Of a stretch of DNA of 64,000 nucleotides, positions 22,144-35,786 are shown one piece after another. Below the pieces are notes generated by a model, which was not told the DNA's origin, searched no databases, and worked only from the letters and a program-made list of their open reading frames with translations. The stretch is from an uncultured Phycisphaerales bacterium (GTDB lineage: Bacteria > Planctomycetota > Phycisphaerae > Tepidisphaerales > Tepidisphaeraceae). Each line of letters begins with the position of its first letter. Positions within the stretch are counted from its first letter, which is position 1. The stretch spans positions 3,648,001 through 3,712,000 of the forward strand of contig CAVWVQ010000003.1 of NCBI GenBank assembly GCA_963758525.1, read 5' to 3'. Both the position numbers and the translations under genes were made by a program.

Positions 22144-22176
22144 AACGCCCCGGCGGCATTCGCCGGGGCGTTTTTG
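22144..22176 (+). terminator. Rho-independent terminator
   Basis: aacgccccggcg-gcatt-cgccggggcgtttttg. Confidence 0.85.
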
Positions 22177-22296
22177 TTGTTGTGCAATCCAGTGGCGCGA
22201 TAGAATTCAAAAGAGTTTGAGAAGCGTTAAACGCTTGAATTACAGTGGTTTGATCGCGCGGCTTTGCGGATTGCACACAATTTCTTCGCCGGCCCC

Positions 22297-22421
22297 TTGC
22301 ATCCGGAAAATCAGGCGATACAGTTCGCAACCCGCGTGCGGGAGCGTCCGACAAAGACGGCTGCGAAAAACTGGAAAGTTGAAGTCACAGCCCTTGACGC
22401 GACGAAGAAAAGGCGTATGAT
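22297..22421 (+). promoter_or_regulatory. Tandem rRNA promoters P1/P2
   Basis: TTGCAT-N16-TACAGT (22297-22324) and TTGACG-N16-TATGAT (22394-22421); 16-nt spacers as in rrn promoters. Confidence 0.7.
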
Positions 22422-22690
22422 CTAAACCTCCACTTGACGGAGTGGAAACGTAAGCAGAATACGAGGAATACGAGGCCACCTTCACGAGGCGAATAAGTTT
22501 GGCGAATCATTCAAGCGATCACCTGCCCGAGTAACGCCAGTCCCTGTCTGAAGGGTTGCTGGCGACGTGCCGGCGACGTTCCCTGAAAATTTGCGAAGCG
22601 CAGTCGAATCCGAATCAGTCCGCCGCCGCTCTGTCGGCTGACTGACCCGTGTTCGACGGGAATTTTTGTCGGTCTGTTGTGACGACAAAA

Positions 22691-22702
22691 GGCTCTTTGA
22701 AA
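22691..22702 (+). promoter_or_regulatory. boxA-like antitermination element
   Basis: ggctctttgaaa in the rRNA leader, just before the processing-stem arm. Confidence 0.65.
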
Positions 22703-23038
22703 AGTGAATATGAGGTTCAAGGTTTATTTGCAAAATAAACCTCCGCGATGCCTGCCCAAATTTCTGTTAGTCGTACTGTTGGTCTTTTCGTCTGGGTTGG
22801 AGCATTCGGAAGTCTATTCGAGACTTCCGATCCTCTGGGTTTCAGATTTGAGATTTCAAATTTGAGACCTCAGAGATCTGGCTCCAATCGGGCAGGTATC
22901 GTCGAGCACCTTTTTGGCGAATGTTGATCCGTTATCGCTCAGGCAATGTCCTTTGTGAATTGCACCGTGCCCGCGCCCCGGGCATCCTGATGGGAGTTAG
23001 TTCCTCCCTGTCGGGACTCAACGGTGATCGATAAATGT

Positions 23039-26328
<3,290 letters not shown>

Positions 26329-26542
26329 ACTTTTATCGATCATCGTTCGCAGACCGGTTTCGTTATCTGAGATTTGAGATTTCAAATTTGAGATGCGAAG
26401 CCGGAACCAAACTGCGTGCTCGGCGATCGCGGAGTGGTCGGCAAAGTGTGATCGGTTTGCAATCGATCACATCGTTTCCGACCATTGAACCTCATAATCA
26501 CGAAATTCAGCCCACCGGGCTCTAACCGGCCCGGTGGGTTTT

Positions 26543-26651
26543 CGTTGGTGGCTATATTGGTGGGGTCACACCCGTTCCCATTCCGAACACGGTCGTTAAG
26601 CCTGCCAAGCCGATGATACTGCTTCAGCGGGAAAGTAGGTCACTGCCAGCG
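26543..26651 (+). rRNA. rrf: 5S rRNA (~109 nt)
   Basis: cacccgttcccattccgaacacgg, gaaagtaggtc, terminal stem cgttggtgg/ctgccagcg. Confidence 0.95.
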
Positions 26652-26653
26652 TT

Positions 26654-26694
26654 AAAAAGGCCCCCGGTCCCAAAAGGATCGGGGGTTCTTTTTT
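26654..26694 (+). terminator. rRNA operon terminator
   Basis: ggcccccggtcc-caaaa-ggatcgggggtt-cttttttg. Confidence 0.85.
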
Positions 26695-26926
26695 GCGCGG
26701 ACCGCTCCACCCCGATCTGCTCGTTCATGAGCAAACGCAGAGGGATGTCCAGACGGACGGGTTAACCCACGTTACGAACTGCGTAACTTGGGTTTGATTA
26801 TTCAAACGTCGATTCGGAAGGAACAGCGCTTCGCCGAATGCTATTGCCGTCGCTTGCGTCGTCGCGGATGCCGCGAGCGGAGCATGGCGCGTCGTGCGGA
26901 GCGAATGCTCGCCGATCCTGTCCGCG

Positions 26927-27827
26927 TCAACGTCCGCCTGGCTGTGAAGTTGGCGGCGGGATTCCCGCCAGATCGATCGCATTCAAGACCCGCGGATCCC
27001 CCGGAGCGATCTGGTTCAGGGCCCGCACCACAGCTTCCCGAATCGTCCCCGATGCCGATAGCAACTTCAGCAGTGCCGGCACCGCCGTCGCCGCATCCGG
27101 GCCAATCCGCCCCAGGGCCTCGATCGCCGCCACGCGAGCACTGTCTTGCGGTCGCTGCGCCACCGACGTTAGCGCGCCCACCGCTCCCCGCGCCGCGGGA
27201 CCCGCATCCCCAAGCAGTGTGGCCGCGTGCTTGCGAATTTCCGGGTCGGGAAACTGCAATGCCAGGATCAAATCTGCTTGGGGCGTGCGGGGGGTAACCG
27301 CCGGCCGATGACTGGCAAGAAAATCCGGATCGATCGCCTCCACCACGGAGTTGATGAAGGTTTCCTTGAGCGCGTACCCGCCGGCAAATTTGCGAAAATG
27401 CAGCGCCCAGACGACGGGCGCCGCCGATCGTGCCGGCGGCCCGATCTTCTCCAGGGACTCACAGCATCGCAGTGCGGTTCCCGCGTCTGTGGTCGTCTCA
27501 ATTTCGTGAATCGCCCATCGCAGGACAAGCGCCCTGCGAACCGCGGGAACCGCGAGCGTCCCGAAAATTCCCAGCACCGCGCACAGCGCGATGGGCAGCT
27601 TGTACGACCGCACGCGCGCGATCGGCGGTGCCAGCAGCACCGCGCCCTCCGGATCATCGATCACCAGCAGTCTCGTCGAGCCATGCGCCTCCCAGGGCGC
27701 CAGGCTCGGATCAGCGGGGATGACATTCACAAACCCGCAGGCGCACTGCGCAGCGAACGCGCAACGTCTCGCCGGCCTGCACGGCCGGCAGCGGAGTTCC
27801 GCATTTGCGACAACCGAATCGCTGCAT
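26927..27827 (-). CDS. Zn-ribbon + TM + HEAT (PBS lyase-like) repeat protein, probable frameshift near 27750
   Basis: CRKC...CACG split over two frames; repeats such as RVAAIEALGRIGPDAATAVPAL. Confidence 0.7.
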
Positions 27828-27852
27828 GCCTTTTAAGTGTAGCGGGCGCGGC

Positions 27853-29004
27853 TCAACGCGGAAGAGAAAGCGCATGCCGGGCCGCGATTGCCGTGGCGGC
27901 GGCTTCGGTGGGATGATCCGCAAGCGCCGTCAGATGCCCCATTTTTCTCCGCGGCCGGGGTTCGAGCTTGCCATACAGATGCAGCTTCACTTCCGACGCT
28001 GCAAGAGCGGCCGTCCACCTCGGCTCGCCGGATTCCCACAGATCGCCCAGAAGATTCGCCATCGCCGCCGGCCGAAGCTGCCTCGTGCTGCCCAATGGCA
28101 GTCCGCACACCGTCCGCAGTTGCTGCTCGAACTGGCTGGTGACGTGCGCGTCGATCGTCAGATGCCCGGAATTGTGCGGCCTTGGCGCCAGCTCGTTGAC
28201 CAGCAACCCTCCGAACTTCGTCAGGAAAAACTCGACGCACAGGACGCCGACGACATCGAGTTTCTCCAGGATTCCGCGCGCCAACTCCGCCGCCTCATCG
28301 GCGGTCTTATCTGGAACATCCGCGGGGCAGACGGACAGATCGAGGATATGGTCCCGGTGTGAATTGTGTATCACGCCCCAGTGCGAGAATTCGCCGTCCG
28401 CTCCACGGGCGGCAACGACCGAGACTTCCCGATCAAAATCGACGAACGCTTCATAGACGCGTTCGATGCTCGGATCGACCCGCATCGCGGCGCTGATCTC
28501 CGCCGTGGTATGTACGGTTGCCTGCCCCTTGCCGTCGTACCCGAAAGCGGCCGTCTTCAGAACGCCGGGAAGTCCCAGCAATTCCGCCGCTGCCAGTGCT
28601 TCCTCGAGCGATCGCACTACGCGAAAGGGCGTAACTGGAAAACCGTGATCGGCCAGAAATGTTTTTTCGCGCGCTCGATGCTGCGTGACATGCAGCACCG
28701 ATCCATTCGGGCGCACGCTGGTGTGGTGCGCTACGACATTCGCTGTCGCGGCCGGCACATTTTCAAACTCGAACGTGACCACATCCACGCCGCGGGCAAA
28801 CTCCGCGACGGAGTCAAGATCGTCGTACGCGCACGTGAATTCTTTGTCGGCAACCTGCCCCGTAGGCGTGTCGCTGTCGGGAGAGAGCGTGTGGACGCGA
28901 TACCCCATCTGCCGCGCCGCAATGGCAAACATGCGCCCGAGCTGCCCGCTGCCGAGCACTCCGACAGTGGAACCGGGAAGGATGATGGAGTTTGTTTCAG
29001 CCAA
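27853..29004 (-). CDS. purK: N5-carboxyaminoimidazole ribonucleotide synthase
   Basis: GSGQLGRM, TFEFEN, GYDGKGQ, NELAPRPHNSGH, RKMGH. Confidence 0.97.
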   Translation of the reverse strand: MAETNSIILPGSTVGVLGSGQLGRMFAIAARQMGYRVHTLSPDSDTPTGQVADKEFTCAYDDLDSVAEFARGVDVVTFEFENVPAATANVVAHHTSVRPNGSVLHVTQHRAREKTFLADHGFPVTPFRVVRSLEEALAAAELLGLPGVLKTAAFGYDGKGQATVHTTAEISAAMRVDPSIERVYEAFVDFDREVSVVAARGADGEFSHWGVIHNSHRDHILDLSVCPADVPDKTADEAAELARGILEKLDVVGVLCVEFFLTKFGGLLVNELAPRPHNSGHLTIDAHVTSQFEQQLRTVCGLPLGSTRQLRPAAMANLLGDLWESGEPRWTAALAASEVKLHLYGKLEPRPRRKMGHLTALADHPTEAAATAIAARHALSLPR

Positions 29005-29023
29005 CGAATGGCACCGCAGTAGC

Positions 29024-29536
29024 TCAAGACTTCACGGGACCGGGGGGAAGACTCTGCTCGAGCACGCCTTGCGTCTGCGTCGCGCGAAATATCCTGAGTG
29101 TTTCACGAAGCTGCGGCCGGGAATTGGCAAGAATCGCAACGGCCAGCAATGCCGCGTTGGTCGCGCCGGCTTTTCCAATGGCCAGCGTTCCAACCGGCAC
29201 ACCCGCCGGCATCTGCACGATCGACAGCAGCGAGTCCATCCCGCTCAACGACTGGCTTTGCACGGGAACTCCCAGCACGGGAACGATCGTGTACGCTGAG
29301 GCCATGCCCGGCAGATGCGCCGCGCCTCCCGCCCCCGCGATGATCACTTCAATCCCGCGCTCTTCGGCGCTGCCGGCAAACTCCGCGAGCCATTGCGGAG
29401 TTCGGTGCGCCGAAACGACCTGACACACGCGCGGGACCGCGAAGCGTTCGAGCATTGCGTCCGCATGGGACATCGTCTCCCAATCCGATGCGCTCCCCAT
29501 GATGATCGCCACCAACGGCTTTGGTTCGTCCGTCAT
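29024..29536 (-). CDS. purE: N5-carboxyaminoimidazole ribonucleotide mutase
   Basis: [34 protein letters not shown]. Confidence 0.97.
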   Translation of the reverse strand: MTDEPKPLVAIIMGSASDWETMSHADAMLERFAVPRVCQVVSAHRTPQWLAEFAGSAEERGIEVIIAGAGGAAHLPGMASAYTIVPVLGVPVQSQSLSGMDSLLSIVQMPAGVPVGTLAIGKAGATNAALLAVAILANSRPQLRETLRIFRATQTQGVLEQSLPPGPVKS

Positions 29537-29543
29537 ACTGCAT

Positions 29544-29610
29544 GCAGGGCGGGATTCATCCCGCCGGTCCCTCGAAGATCAAACTCGCGGCGGGATGAAT
29601 CCCGCCCTGC
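29544..29610. repeat. REP doublet, family A
   Basis: gcagggcgggattcatcccgccg ... cggcgggatgaatcccgccctgc. Confidence 0.88.
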
Positions 29611-29701
29611 GGGAGATCGATCGCGCCCGATTCCTCACGGACGGCCGGTTGCAAAGCGTCCGCTTTCCCCACCGGCGCTGCGATCCTACCATAACTCCGC
29701 A

Positions 29702-30871
29702 ATGCCGGAAGTCGCCGCACTCCTCGACCAACACACGCACTTCGATCCGGACGCGGACTTCGAGGCCTTTCTCGCGTCCATTCCCCGCAAATGGGCCGTC
29801 TATCTTTTCGCCGACGAGTCCGGCCGGCCCGTTCAACTGCTGTCTGTGAAGAATTTGCGTTACAGCCTGAAGCGCCGCCTCGGTGGCGGCGAGACCATCG
29901 GTCTCAGCAAGCGCGTCAACTACCGACAGCTGGTCCGCATCATCCGCTGGCGACGCGTCGACAGCACATTCGAAGCCGATTGGCTCTATTACGAAGCCGC
30001 CCGCATCGTGTTTCCCCAGACCTACCGCGGAATGGTCGGCTTTCGCCCGGCCTGGTTTGTTCACGTCAATCCCGAAACCAGTTTTCCCCGATACATCAAG
30101 ACGACTGACCTCACTCGTTCTGGAGTTCTCGCCGGGCCGGTCGCGGACAAGCACGCCGCGGCTCGACTGATCGCGTTGCTTGAAGATGCCTTCGATCTCT
30201 GCCGCTACTACCAGATCCTGGTCGAGGCGCCGAACGGCAAAGCCTGCGCTTACAAGGAAATGGGCAAGTGTCCCGCGCCCTGCGACGGTTCGATCTCGAT
30301 GCAGCAGTATCACCGCATGATTCAACGCAGCGTCGATGCGCTCCTCGATCCTGCGCCGGCGGTTCGCGAACAGGAACAGCGCATGCGCACGGCCGCCACG
30401 GACCTGCGCTTCGAGTTGGCCGCGAAGATCAAGTCGTACGCCGATCAGCTTTCGCAGCTCGGCAAAGGCGCGTTTCGTCACGTGCGCCGCTTGCGCGATT
30501 TTCAGTTCCTCTCCGTGCAGGCAGGGCCGCGCGTCGGGACCGCAAAGGTGTTCCTGATCTCCGCCGGCCAGATCGAAGAAATCCTCGGCTTGACCACTGC
30601 CCAGCTCCCACGCCCGGCGCAGATTCTCGCCTGCGCGCTGGAGACGCTGACCCGACGCCACTCCGAAACCGTCGACGTCGAAGGAGCCGAGCGCATCGGC
30701 ATCGTCGCCCATCATCTGTTCTCCACGAAGCAGAACACCGGCGTCCTGCTCGCGCTGGCGTCGATCGACGAAAAAGCGATCGCCCGCGCCTGCCGTGAAG
30801 TGCAGCAGCGGGAAGAGATCCCGGAAGTAGAAGAAGAAGGCGTCGTCCGCGAGCTGCAATCAATGGGGTAG
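29702..30871 (+). CDS. UvrC/Cho-like protein (degenerate GIY-YIG, Cys cluster, UVR motif)
   Basis: AVYLFADESG...KNLR; LCRY...CAYKEMGKCPAPCDG; MRTAATDLRFELAAKIK. Confidence 0.75.
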   Translation: MPEVAALLDQHTHFDPDADFEAFLASIPRKWAVYLFADESGRPVQLLSVKNLRYSLKRRLGGGETIGLSKRVNYRQLVRIIRWRRVDSTFEADWLYYEAARIVFPQTYRGMVGFRPAWFVHVNPETSFPRYIKTTDLTRSGVLAGPVADKHAAARLIALLEDAFDLCRYYQILVEAPNGKACAYKEMGKCPAPCDGSISMQQYHRMIQRSVDALLDPAPAVREQEQRMRTAATDLRFELAAKIKSYADQLSQLGKGAFRHVRRLRDFQFLSVQAGPRVGTAKVFLISAGQIEEILGLTTAQLPRPAQILACALETLTRRHSETVDVEGAERIGIVAHHLFSTKQNTGVLLALASIDEKAIARACREVQQREEIPEVEEEGVVRELQSMG

Positions 30872-30882
30872 AAGAGAAGAAA

Positions 30883-31026
30883 GGCACGAAGGGAAGAAGG
30901 GACGAAGGGGCGAAGGGACGAAGGGACGAAGGGACGAAGGGACGAAGGGACGAAGGGACGAAGGGACGAAGGGACGAAGGGACGAAGGGACGAAGGGACG
31001 AAGGCGCGAAGGCACGGAGGCACGAA
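30883..31026. repeat. Octamer tandem array (GGGACGAA), 18 units with 11 consecutive perfect copies; inverse partner near 31127-31165
   Basis: Read directly from the sequence; partner (TCCGTGCC)n lies downstream. Confidence 0.95.
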
Positions 31027-31286
31027 GGGAGGACGGAGAGGCGCGGAACACGGCGGCCACGAAGGCACGCAGTGTGGGACAAGAGGTAACGGTCGCCAAA
31101 CAAACCTGCCGCGTCAGCGTCCTCCCCTTCGTGCCTCCGTGCCTCCGTGCCTCCGTGCCTTCGCGCCTCTCCCCGGTGCCTCTCCCCGGTGCCTCTCCCC
31201 CGTGACTTTCCCATCACCACCCGCTCACGTCCCCGACTCACAACAGCCGATAGAACCTGTGGCAGGGGAAGTAAAGGGCGTCGGTT

Positions 31287-31613
31287 ATGTCTGCGCCAGG
31301 ACAGCATTGTCCGTTTCTCAATCGTTCGGACGACCGTTGCTCGGATCACTTCAGCATCGGGCGGCTCGGACAGGCTTTCGACCACTGTTTCGGGTCGTAC
31401 AATGCCTGCCCGGTCTACCTGGAGCTGCTGGTCGAGCGACGATTGCGCCGGCTGTCGGGTTCCATTCACCGGGCGGATGTGGACGATACTTCAATGAGCT
31501 CGCCGGATGCACCACGACTCATCCAGGTTACGATCTCCCACCGACACGCGCTGCCCGCTGCCCGAACTGCGGCGGTTCCTGCTGCACCTCGCCTCCGAGC
31601 GCGGGCTGGCTGA
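31287..31613 (+). CDS. Small Cys-rich hypothetical protein overlapping the xerD start
   Basis: CPF-x7-C-x15-C-x6-CPVY four-Cys pattern. Confidence 0.55.
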   Translation: MSAPGQHCPFLNRSDDRCSDHFSIGRLGQAFDHCFGSYNACPVYLELLVERRLRRLSGSIHRADVDDTSMSSPDAPRLIQVTISHRHALPAARTAAVPAAPRLRARAG

Positions 31614-32436
31614 AAATTCGCTGCACGCCTACCGCCGCGATCTGGAAGATACGGAAGATTTTCTCAACGCCGCCGGCAAGTCCCTCCCAACCGCGTCGGC
31701 GACCGATCTGCGGCTCTATCTCCAGGACCAGACACGCCAGGGCCAGTCGACGCGCACCGTCGCGCGGCGTCTGGCAGCGCTGCGCCTCTTCCTGCGATTT
31801 CTCGTCACCGAAGGGCACGACACGCTCGCGATCCTGCAGGAACTGGAGCGTCCCAAACCCGAGAGCGCGCTGCCCAAAATTCTCAGCCGCGCGCAGGTGA
31901 ATCAACTGATCGCCACGCCGGATCCCGAGTCGCCTCTGTATCTGCGCGACGTGGCAATTCTCGAACTGCTGTACGCAAGCGGACTGCGAGCCACGGAGTT
32001 GTGCGAGGTGAAGCTTCGCGATGCGAATCTGCAGGTCGGCTGCGTTCGCGTTCTCGGAAAAGGGATGAAGGAGCGTATCGTCCCCCTGGGCCAAATGGCG
32101 GCCGAAGCGATCGCGCGGTATCTCGAAGGTTGCCGCCCAAACCTGCAGCGCCGCCCGTCCGACCTGCTGTTTCTCTCCCGCAGCGGCAAGCCCTTGGAGC
32201 GGATCGGCCTCTGGATGCTCGTCGAAAAATACGGCCGCCGCAGCGGCCTGCTGAAAAGCATTTCTCCCCACACGCTGAGGCATTGCTTCGCCACCCACCT
32301 CCTCGGCGGCGGCGCCGACCTGCGCGTCGTCCAGGAACTGCTGGGCCACAGTGACATCGCCACCACGCAAATCTACACGCACGTCGATCAGGACCGGCTC
32401 AAGAGCGTCCACAAGCGCTTTCATCCCCGGGCGTGA
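31507..32436 (+). CDS. xerD: Site-specific tyrosine recombinase XerD/XerC
   Basis: ERGLAENS..AYRRDL, LYASGLR, GKGMKER, HTLRH, LLGH, TQIYTHV, HPRA. Confidence 0.92.
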   Translation: MHHDSSRLRSPTDTRCPLPELRRFLLHLASERGLAENSLHAYRRDLEDTEDFLNAAGKSLPTASATDLRLYLQDQTRQGQSTRTVARRLAALRLFLRFLVTEGHDTLAILQELERPKPESALPKILSRAQVNQLIATPDPESPLYLRDVAILELLYASGLRATELCEVKLRDANLQVGCVRVLGKGMKERIVPLGQMAAEAIARYLEGCRPNLQRRPSDLLFLSRSGKPLERIGLWMLVEKYGRRSGLLKSISPHTLRHCFATHLLGGGADLRVVQELLGHSDIATTQIYTHVDQDRLKSVHKRFHPRA

Positions 32437-32543
32437 GCGCCGTCGCGGTGTTGTATGACCACTTTACACCGCGCCGGTCGGCGGGGCGAGCAGGGTCGGA
32501 ATGCCGCTTTTCGGGGCAGTAATCAGGTCCCGATTTTCCCGAT

Positions 32544-33197
32544 TTACAAAATTTTACGTTGGTGGACGACTCCGCGCAGATGAACCGGCAGCCAGCCGAT
32601 CGCGGCTCCGACCAGATGCGCCAAGGGCACCGTGACAATACCAGCGCGCAGATCGCCGACGAACATTGCACGGTTCGTGCGGCAGTCCACCAGCGCCTTT
32701 GCAACGAACAAAAGGATCAATGCTCTGTTCATCCACGGCATCAAGGTGGTGCGGCTCGACTTTACTTTTCGCGGCAACGGGACGGCTTTCTGGTGTTCGA
32801 GGCGGACACTTCCGGCCGCCAGCATAAACAACGTGCAATCGATGCCGGACAGTCCCCGGTAGACGTGCAGACCCGGCAGCAGACACCACAAAGCCGCTGG
32901 GATCAGCAGTGCGGCTGCGCCGACAGCCATCAGCATGGACGTTCGGCTCTGCAGCTCGCAGGTTGCCCCGAGAACGACCAACATCAGCACATCCCAACGC
33001 AGGTGCGATGCTGAATAGTGCGCCAAGTGGCAGGTAAGGATCCGCCAAAACTGCCCGTCGGCGATTCTGGCGCGATGGTATTCCAACAGCCGGGCGCAGC
33101 CTGGATTGAGGAAGATGACGACCGCCAGGCAGGCGAAGATGAACGTGATCCACGGCAGCCGTCGGCAGTCGAAGGCATCACGTTTTGGGATTCGCAT
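32544..33197 (-). CDS. Rhombosortase-type rhomboid intramembrane serine protease
   Basis: GQFWRILTCHLAH, YRGLSG (catalytic Ser), AHLVG (catalytic His). Confidence 0.85.
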   Translation of the reverse strand: MRIPKRDAFDCRRLPWITFIFACLAVVIFLNPGCARLLEYHRARIADGQFWRILTCHLAHYSASHLRWDVLMLVVLGATCELQSRTSMLMAVGAAALLIPAALWCLLPGLHVYRGLSGIDCTLFMLAAGSVRLEHQKAVPLPRKVKSSRTTLMPWMNRALILLFVAKALVDCRTNRAMFVGDLRAGIVTVPLAHLVGAAIGWLPVHLRGVVHQRKIL

Positions 33198-33391
33198 GAA
33201 GCACTCGCTTGCGGCGCTCACTTGCTGATCCGAGGGGCGGAGGCAGAAACCTCCGCGTCCGGCCTCCCCGCGCGGGGAAGGCCGGACGCTCTGAACTGAT
33301 GCCTTTGGGCGAAATGCGCCCTCGAGCAACGCTCATCTGTCCCACGCGCGGTCATGGATTTCGGCGGGGGACGGCTTGTGCTGGTGCCGGC

Positions 33392-35536
33392 TCAAGCCGC
33401 GCGCTTCCTCCTGATGGATGCACCCCATGCCAATGCGGCGACGGCCAGTGCCATCGCAGCGGTAAGAGGGTCGATCGCGCCGGCGCCCGTTGAGCTGCTG
33501 CCGCCGCTGGAACTGGGTAAGTCGGCGTTATGCCCGGCCGATTGCGGCGCGGCGAATGGTGCGCTCACGCCCGGCAGGCTGGCATCCGGGGAGTCTGTAG
33601 CGGAATCAGGGAGCATTGCGAGTTGCTTGGGCTCAACCGCCGCAGGCCCAAGGGCGTCGATGGCCTGGTTTCGCATCTTTTCAAGCTGATCGCGCAGGAC
33701 CGCTTCGCTCTGCCGATCGTGATCGAGCCGCAGCGCGTTGCGACGCTCGATGTGCCACCGCTGAAACTCCGCGTCGTTTTCCAGGACGATGAACGAGGTG
33801 TACTCGGTGGCGATGGAGTACCCTTCGCCAAGTTTGACGATCTTATCCACCACCGCGGAGCGCGAGCCGCTCGCGTCAGCCTCTTTCAGCAGGCCCTGTA
33901 CCTGGTGCCATGCCCACATCCGCTCGATCTCGGGGTTCGTCGTGTCCTGCTTGGGGAAGTCGAGCGAGACAGCGGTTTTCATCGGTTCATCGCCGATCTT
34001 GCCGGCGAGGGTGATGCAGCAAGCTCCGCCGATTTTGTATCGCCCATAGACGCGAACGGGAGCGCCGTAGTAAAGGTTGGGCAATTCGGCGGGAACCACG
34101 TCGTACACCTGAATGCCGCCGAAATCGACCTTAAGATCGCTCGCCACCGGTCGCAGAAGTTTGCGGCGGAAAGCTTCAGCGGCGCGGGCGAAGTTGTCGC
34201 CGTGGCTGAGAAACGCAGCCAGCCCTCCCGACTCGTCGGCAACGTTCTGCAGCAGCGGCTTGTTGACATCGTTGCCAACGCCGATGCTGAAAACGCGGCT
34301 GTTCGCCGGCCGCCCCTTGATCAACTGCAACAACGTTTGCGCATCGCCGGCGTCGGTCAGCCCGTCGCTAAGGATCACGACGTTGAGGGTGCGCTTGGGG
34401 TCATCGTACTTGTATGCGGTGTTCAGTGCCGGATTCAGCACCGTCCCGCCGCGCGCTTCCTGCGAGGCAAGAAACGCCTGCGCCGCCGCCTTTTGCTCGG
34501 CGGACGCCGGCATGATCTGATTGAACAACGGGTGAGCCGTGACATTGAAGGTCATGACTTCGAAACGGTCATCCTTGCCCAGGTTGTTGATAAACGCGTC
34601 CAGCGAGTTGCGCGACAGGTCGAGCTTCCCGTCGTCGCTCATGCTGCCGGAAATGTCGAGGATGAACACGTAGTCCATTCCCGCCTCCCGCTGCTTCAGT
34701 TCTTCGCCTGCCGTCATCGTCATGCAGAAATAACCGTCTTCTGCGCCCTGCCGGCTGGCGATCAGATCGATGCCCGTGTGCGGGCGCGACAAGTGGTACG
34801 CCAGCACCACGTCACGATTCAAATCTCCCTCACTGGTCTCCAGGCTGGCCTGGAAGTATTTGGCATTGTGCTGTGCGATGGCAAAATCCTTGGGATGGCT
34901 CGGGCTCTCCATCGCGACGACCGGCACTTCGCTTTTCACATCCACCGTCATGGAGAATTTGCCTCTCGCGTGGCTGTCGATCCGTCCTCGCGTGGTCGTG
35001 GCCAGCGGGTAGACCAGCGTGGCCCAATCATGGTCCACGTCCAATTCCTGGTAGTAGACGACCTGCACCTTCTGCTGGGCCCGCGCGGCGATGGGGAAGA
35101 CGCGCATCTCGAAGGTCTTGTAGTCCACTTGTTCCAGCAGCCCCGGGTCACGCTTCTGCTGCTTGTAGCTGTTATAGATTTGGCGGGCCTTGTCCTTTTC
35201 CAGTACCTCTCCGACCATCTCCTTCCCGTCGATCCACATGGAGAAGCTCGCGACCGAGGCATTGTTGGGAACCGGGAAGGTATACAGCGCCTCGACCTGC
35301 TTGTTTTCCAGGTTCTGGAACACCTGCGTCACTTGCGTGACTGCAATTCCGTTGTTGATCGTAACCTTCACGGAGTGCTCCTTGATCTCCAGTTGCCCGC
35401 CAAGCCCGCCATCGGCGATGAGCATCCCGGCAGCGCGAGCGCGTGCCGCCGTGAGGGAGATCATCAGCAGCAGCGCGATCACGCCCGGCGGCGCCGAGCG
35501 GCGGTTGAACGACGTTGACCATATAGATCGAACCAT
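33392..35536 (-). CDS. Exported VIT + vWA domain protein with GlyGly-CTERM-like sorting tail
   Basis: Signal peptide; VIT (EALYTFPVP...GLLEQ); MIDAS DISGS and LSDG; C-terminal SSSGGSSSTGAGAIDP-TM-RRKR. Confidence 0.88.
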   Translation of the reverse strand: MVRSIWSTSFNRRSAPPGVIALLLMISLTAARARAAGMLIADGGLGGQLEIKEHSVKVTINNGIAVTQVTQVFQNLENKQVEALYTFPVPNNASVASFSMWIDGKEMVGEVLEKDKARQIYNSYKQQKRDPGLLEQVDYKTFEMRVFPIAARAQQKVQVVYYQELDVDHDWATLVYPLATTTRGRIDSHARGKFSMTVDVKSEVPVVAMESPSHPKDFAIAQHNAKYFQASLETSEGDLNRDVVLAYHLSRPHTGIDLIASRQGAEDGYFCMTMTAGEELKQREAGMDYVFILDISGSMSDDGKLDLSRNSLDAFINNLGKDDRFEVMTFNVTAHPLFNQIMPASAEQKAAAQAFLASQEARGGTVLNPALNTAYKYDDPKRTLNVVILSDGLTDAGDAQTLLQLIKGRPANSRVFSIGVGNDVNKPLLQNVADESGGLAAFLSHGDNFARAAEAFRRKLLRPVASDLKVDFGGIQVYDVVPAELPNLYYGAPVRVYGRYKIGGACCITLAGKIGDEPMKTAVSLDFPKQDTTNPEIERMWAWHQVQGLLKEADASGSRSAVVDKIVKLGEGYSIATEYTSFIVLENDAEFQRWHIERRNALRLDHDRQSEAVLRDQLEKMRNQAIDALGPAAVEPKQLAMLPDSATDSPDASLPGVSAPFAAPQSAGHNADLPSSSGGSSSTGAGAIDPLTAAMALAVAALAWGASIRRKRAA

Positions 35537-35662
35537 GATTCAGCTCCTTTCCAAGAGCATTAGAAAGGGGACGTGTTTTCGTGCCGCCCTGGCAGCCGAC
35601 GGGTGATCGAGTCGCGCCGTCCCTTTAGACGCGTTCGAGTTGGCTGAGGCCCTGGTGCTCAA

Positions 35663-35678
35663 AGCGAAGGCGGTGCCG
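35663..35678 (-). promoter_or_regulatory. Sigma-54 -24/-12 promoter for the VIT-vWA operon
   Basis: Minus strand cGGCACcgcctTCGCt with GG-N10-GC spacing. Confidence 0.6.
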
Positions 35679-35762
35679 TCGCGGGTTCCGCGTTTTCGCG
35701 GCCCTGAGTGGCGTTCTGTGCCTCGCGTCCTTACAACTCAATACATTCTTTGCGCAATGGCA

Positions 35763-35777
35763 GTACATTGGATGTAC
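35763..35777. promoter_or_regulatory. Candidate enhancer (UAS) palindrome
   Basis: gtacat-tgg-atgtac, about 90 nt upstream of the sigma54 promoter and just before the activator start. Confidence 0.5.
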
Positions 35778-35786
35778 ACTGCCGGC

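Noticed and set aside
22420..23038. tRNA or 16S remnant in the rRNA leader
   Set aside because: No cloverleaf with T-loop and CCA, and no conserved 16S motifs found.
30883..31026. Tandem array as a possible CRISPR
   Set aside because: 8-nt units with no unique spacers and no cas genes; it is a simple VNTR.
31507..32436. Tyrosine recombinase as a prophage or island integrase
   Set aside because: It has XerD-type signatures and size, with no phage genes, att sites or tRNA nearby.
33530..35518. Long antisense ORFs (33530-35518, 12962-14503, 5040-6431, 29579-30859, 51118-52422)
   Set aside because: Shadow frames of real genes, typical of high-GC DNA, with no protein motifs.
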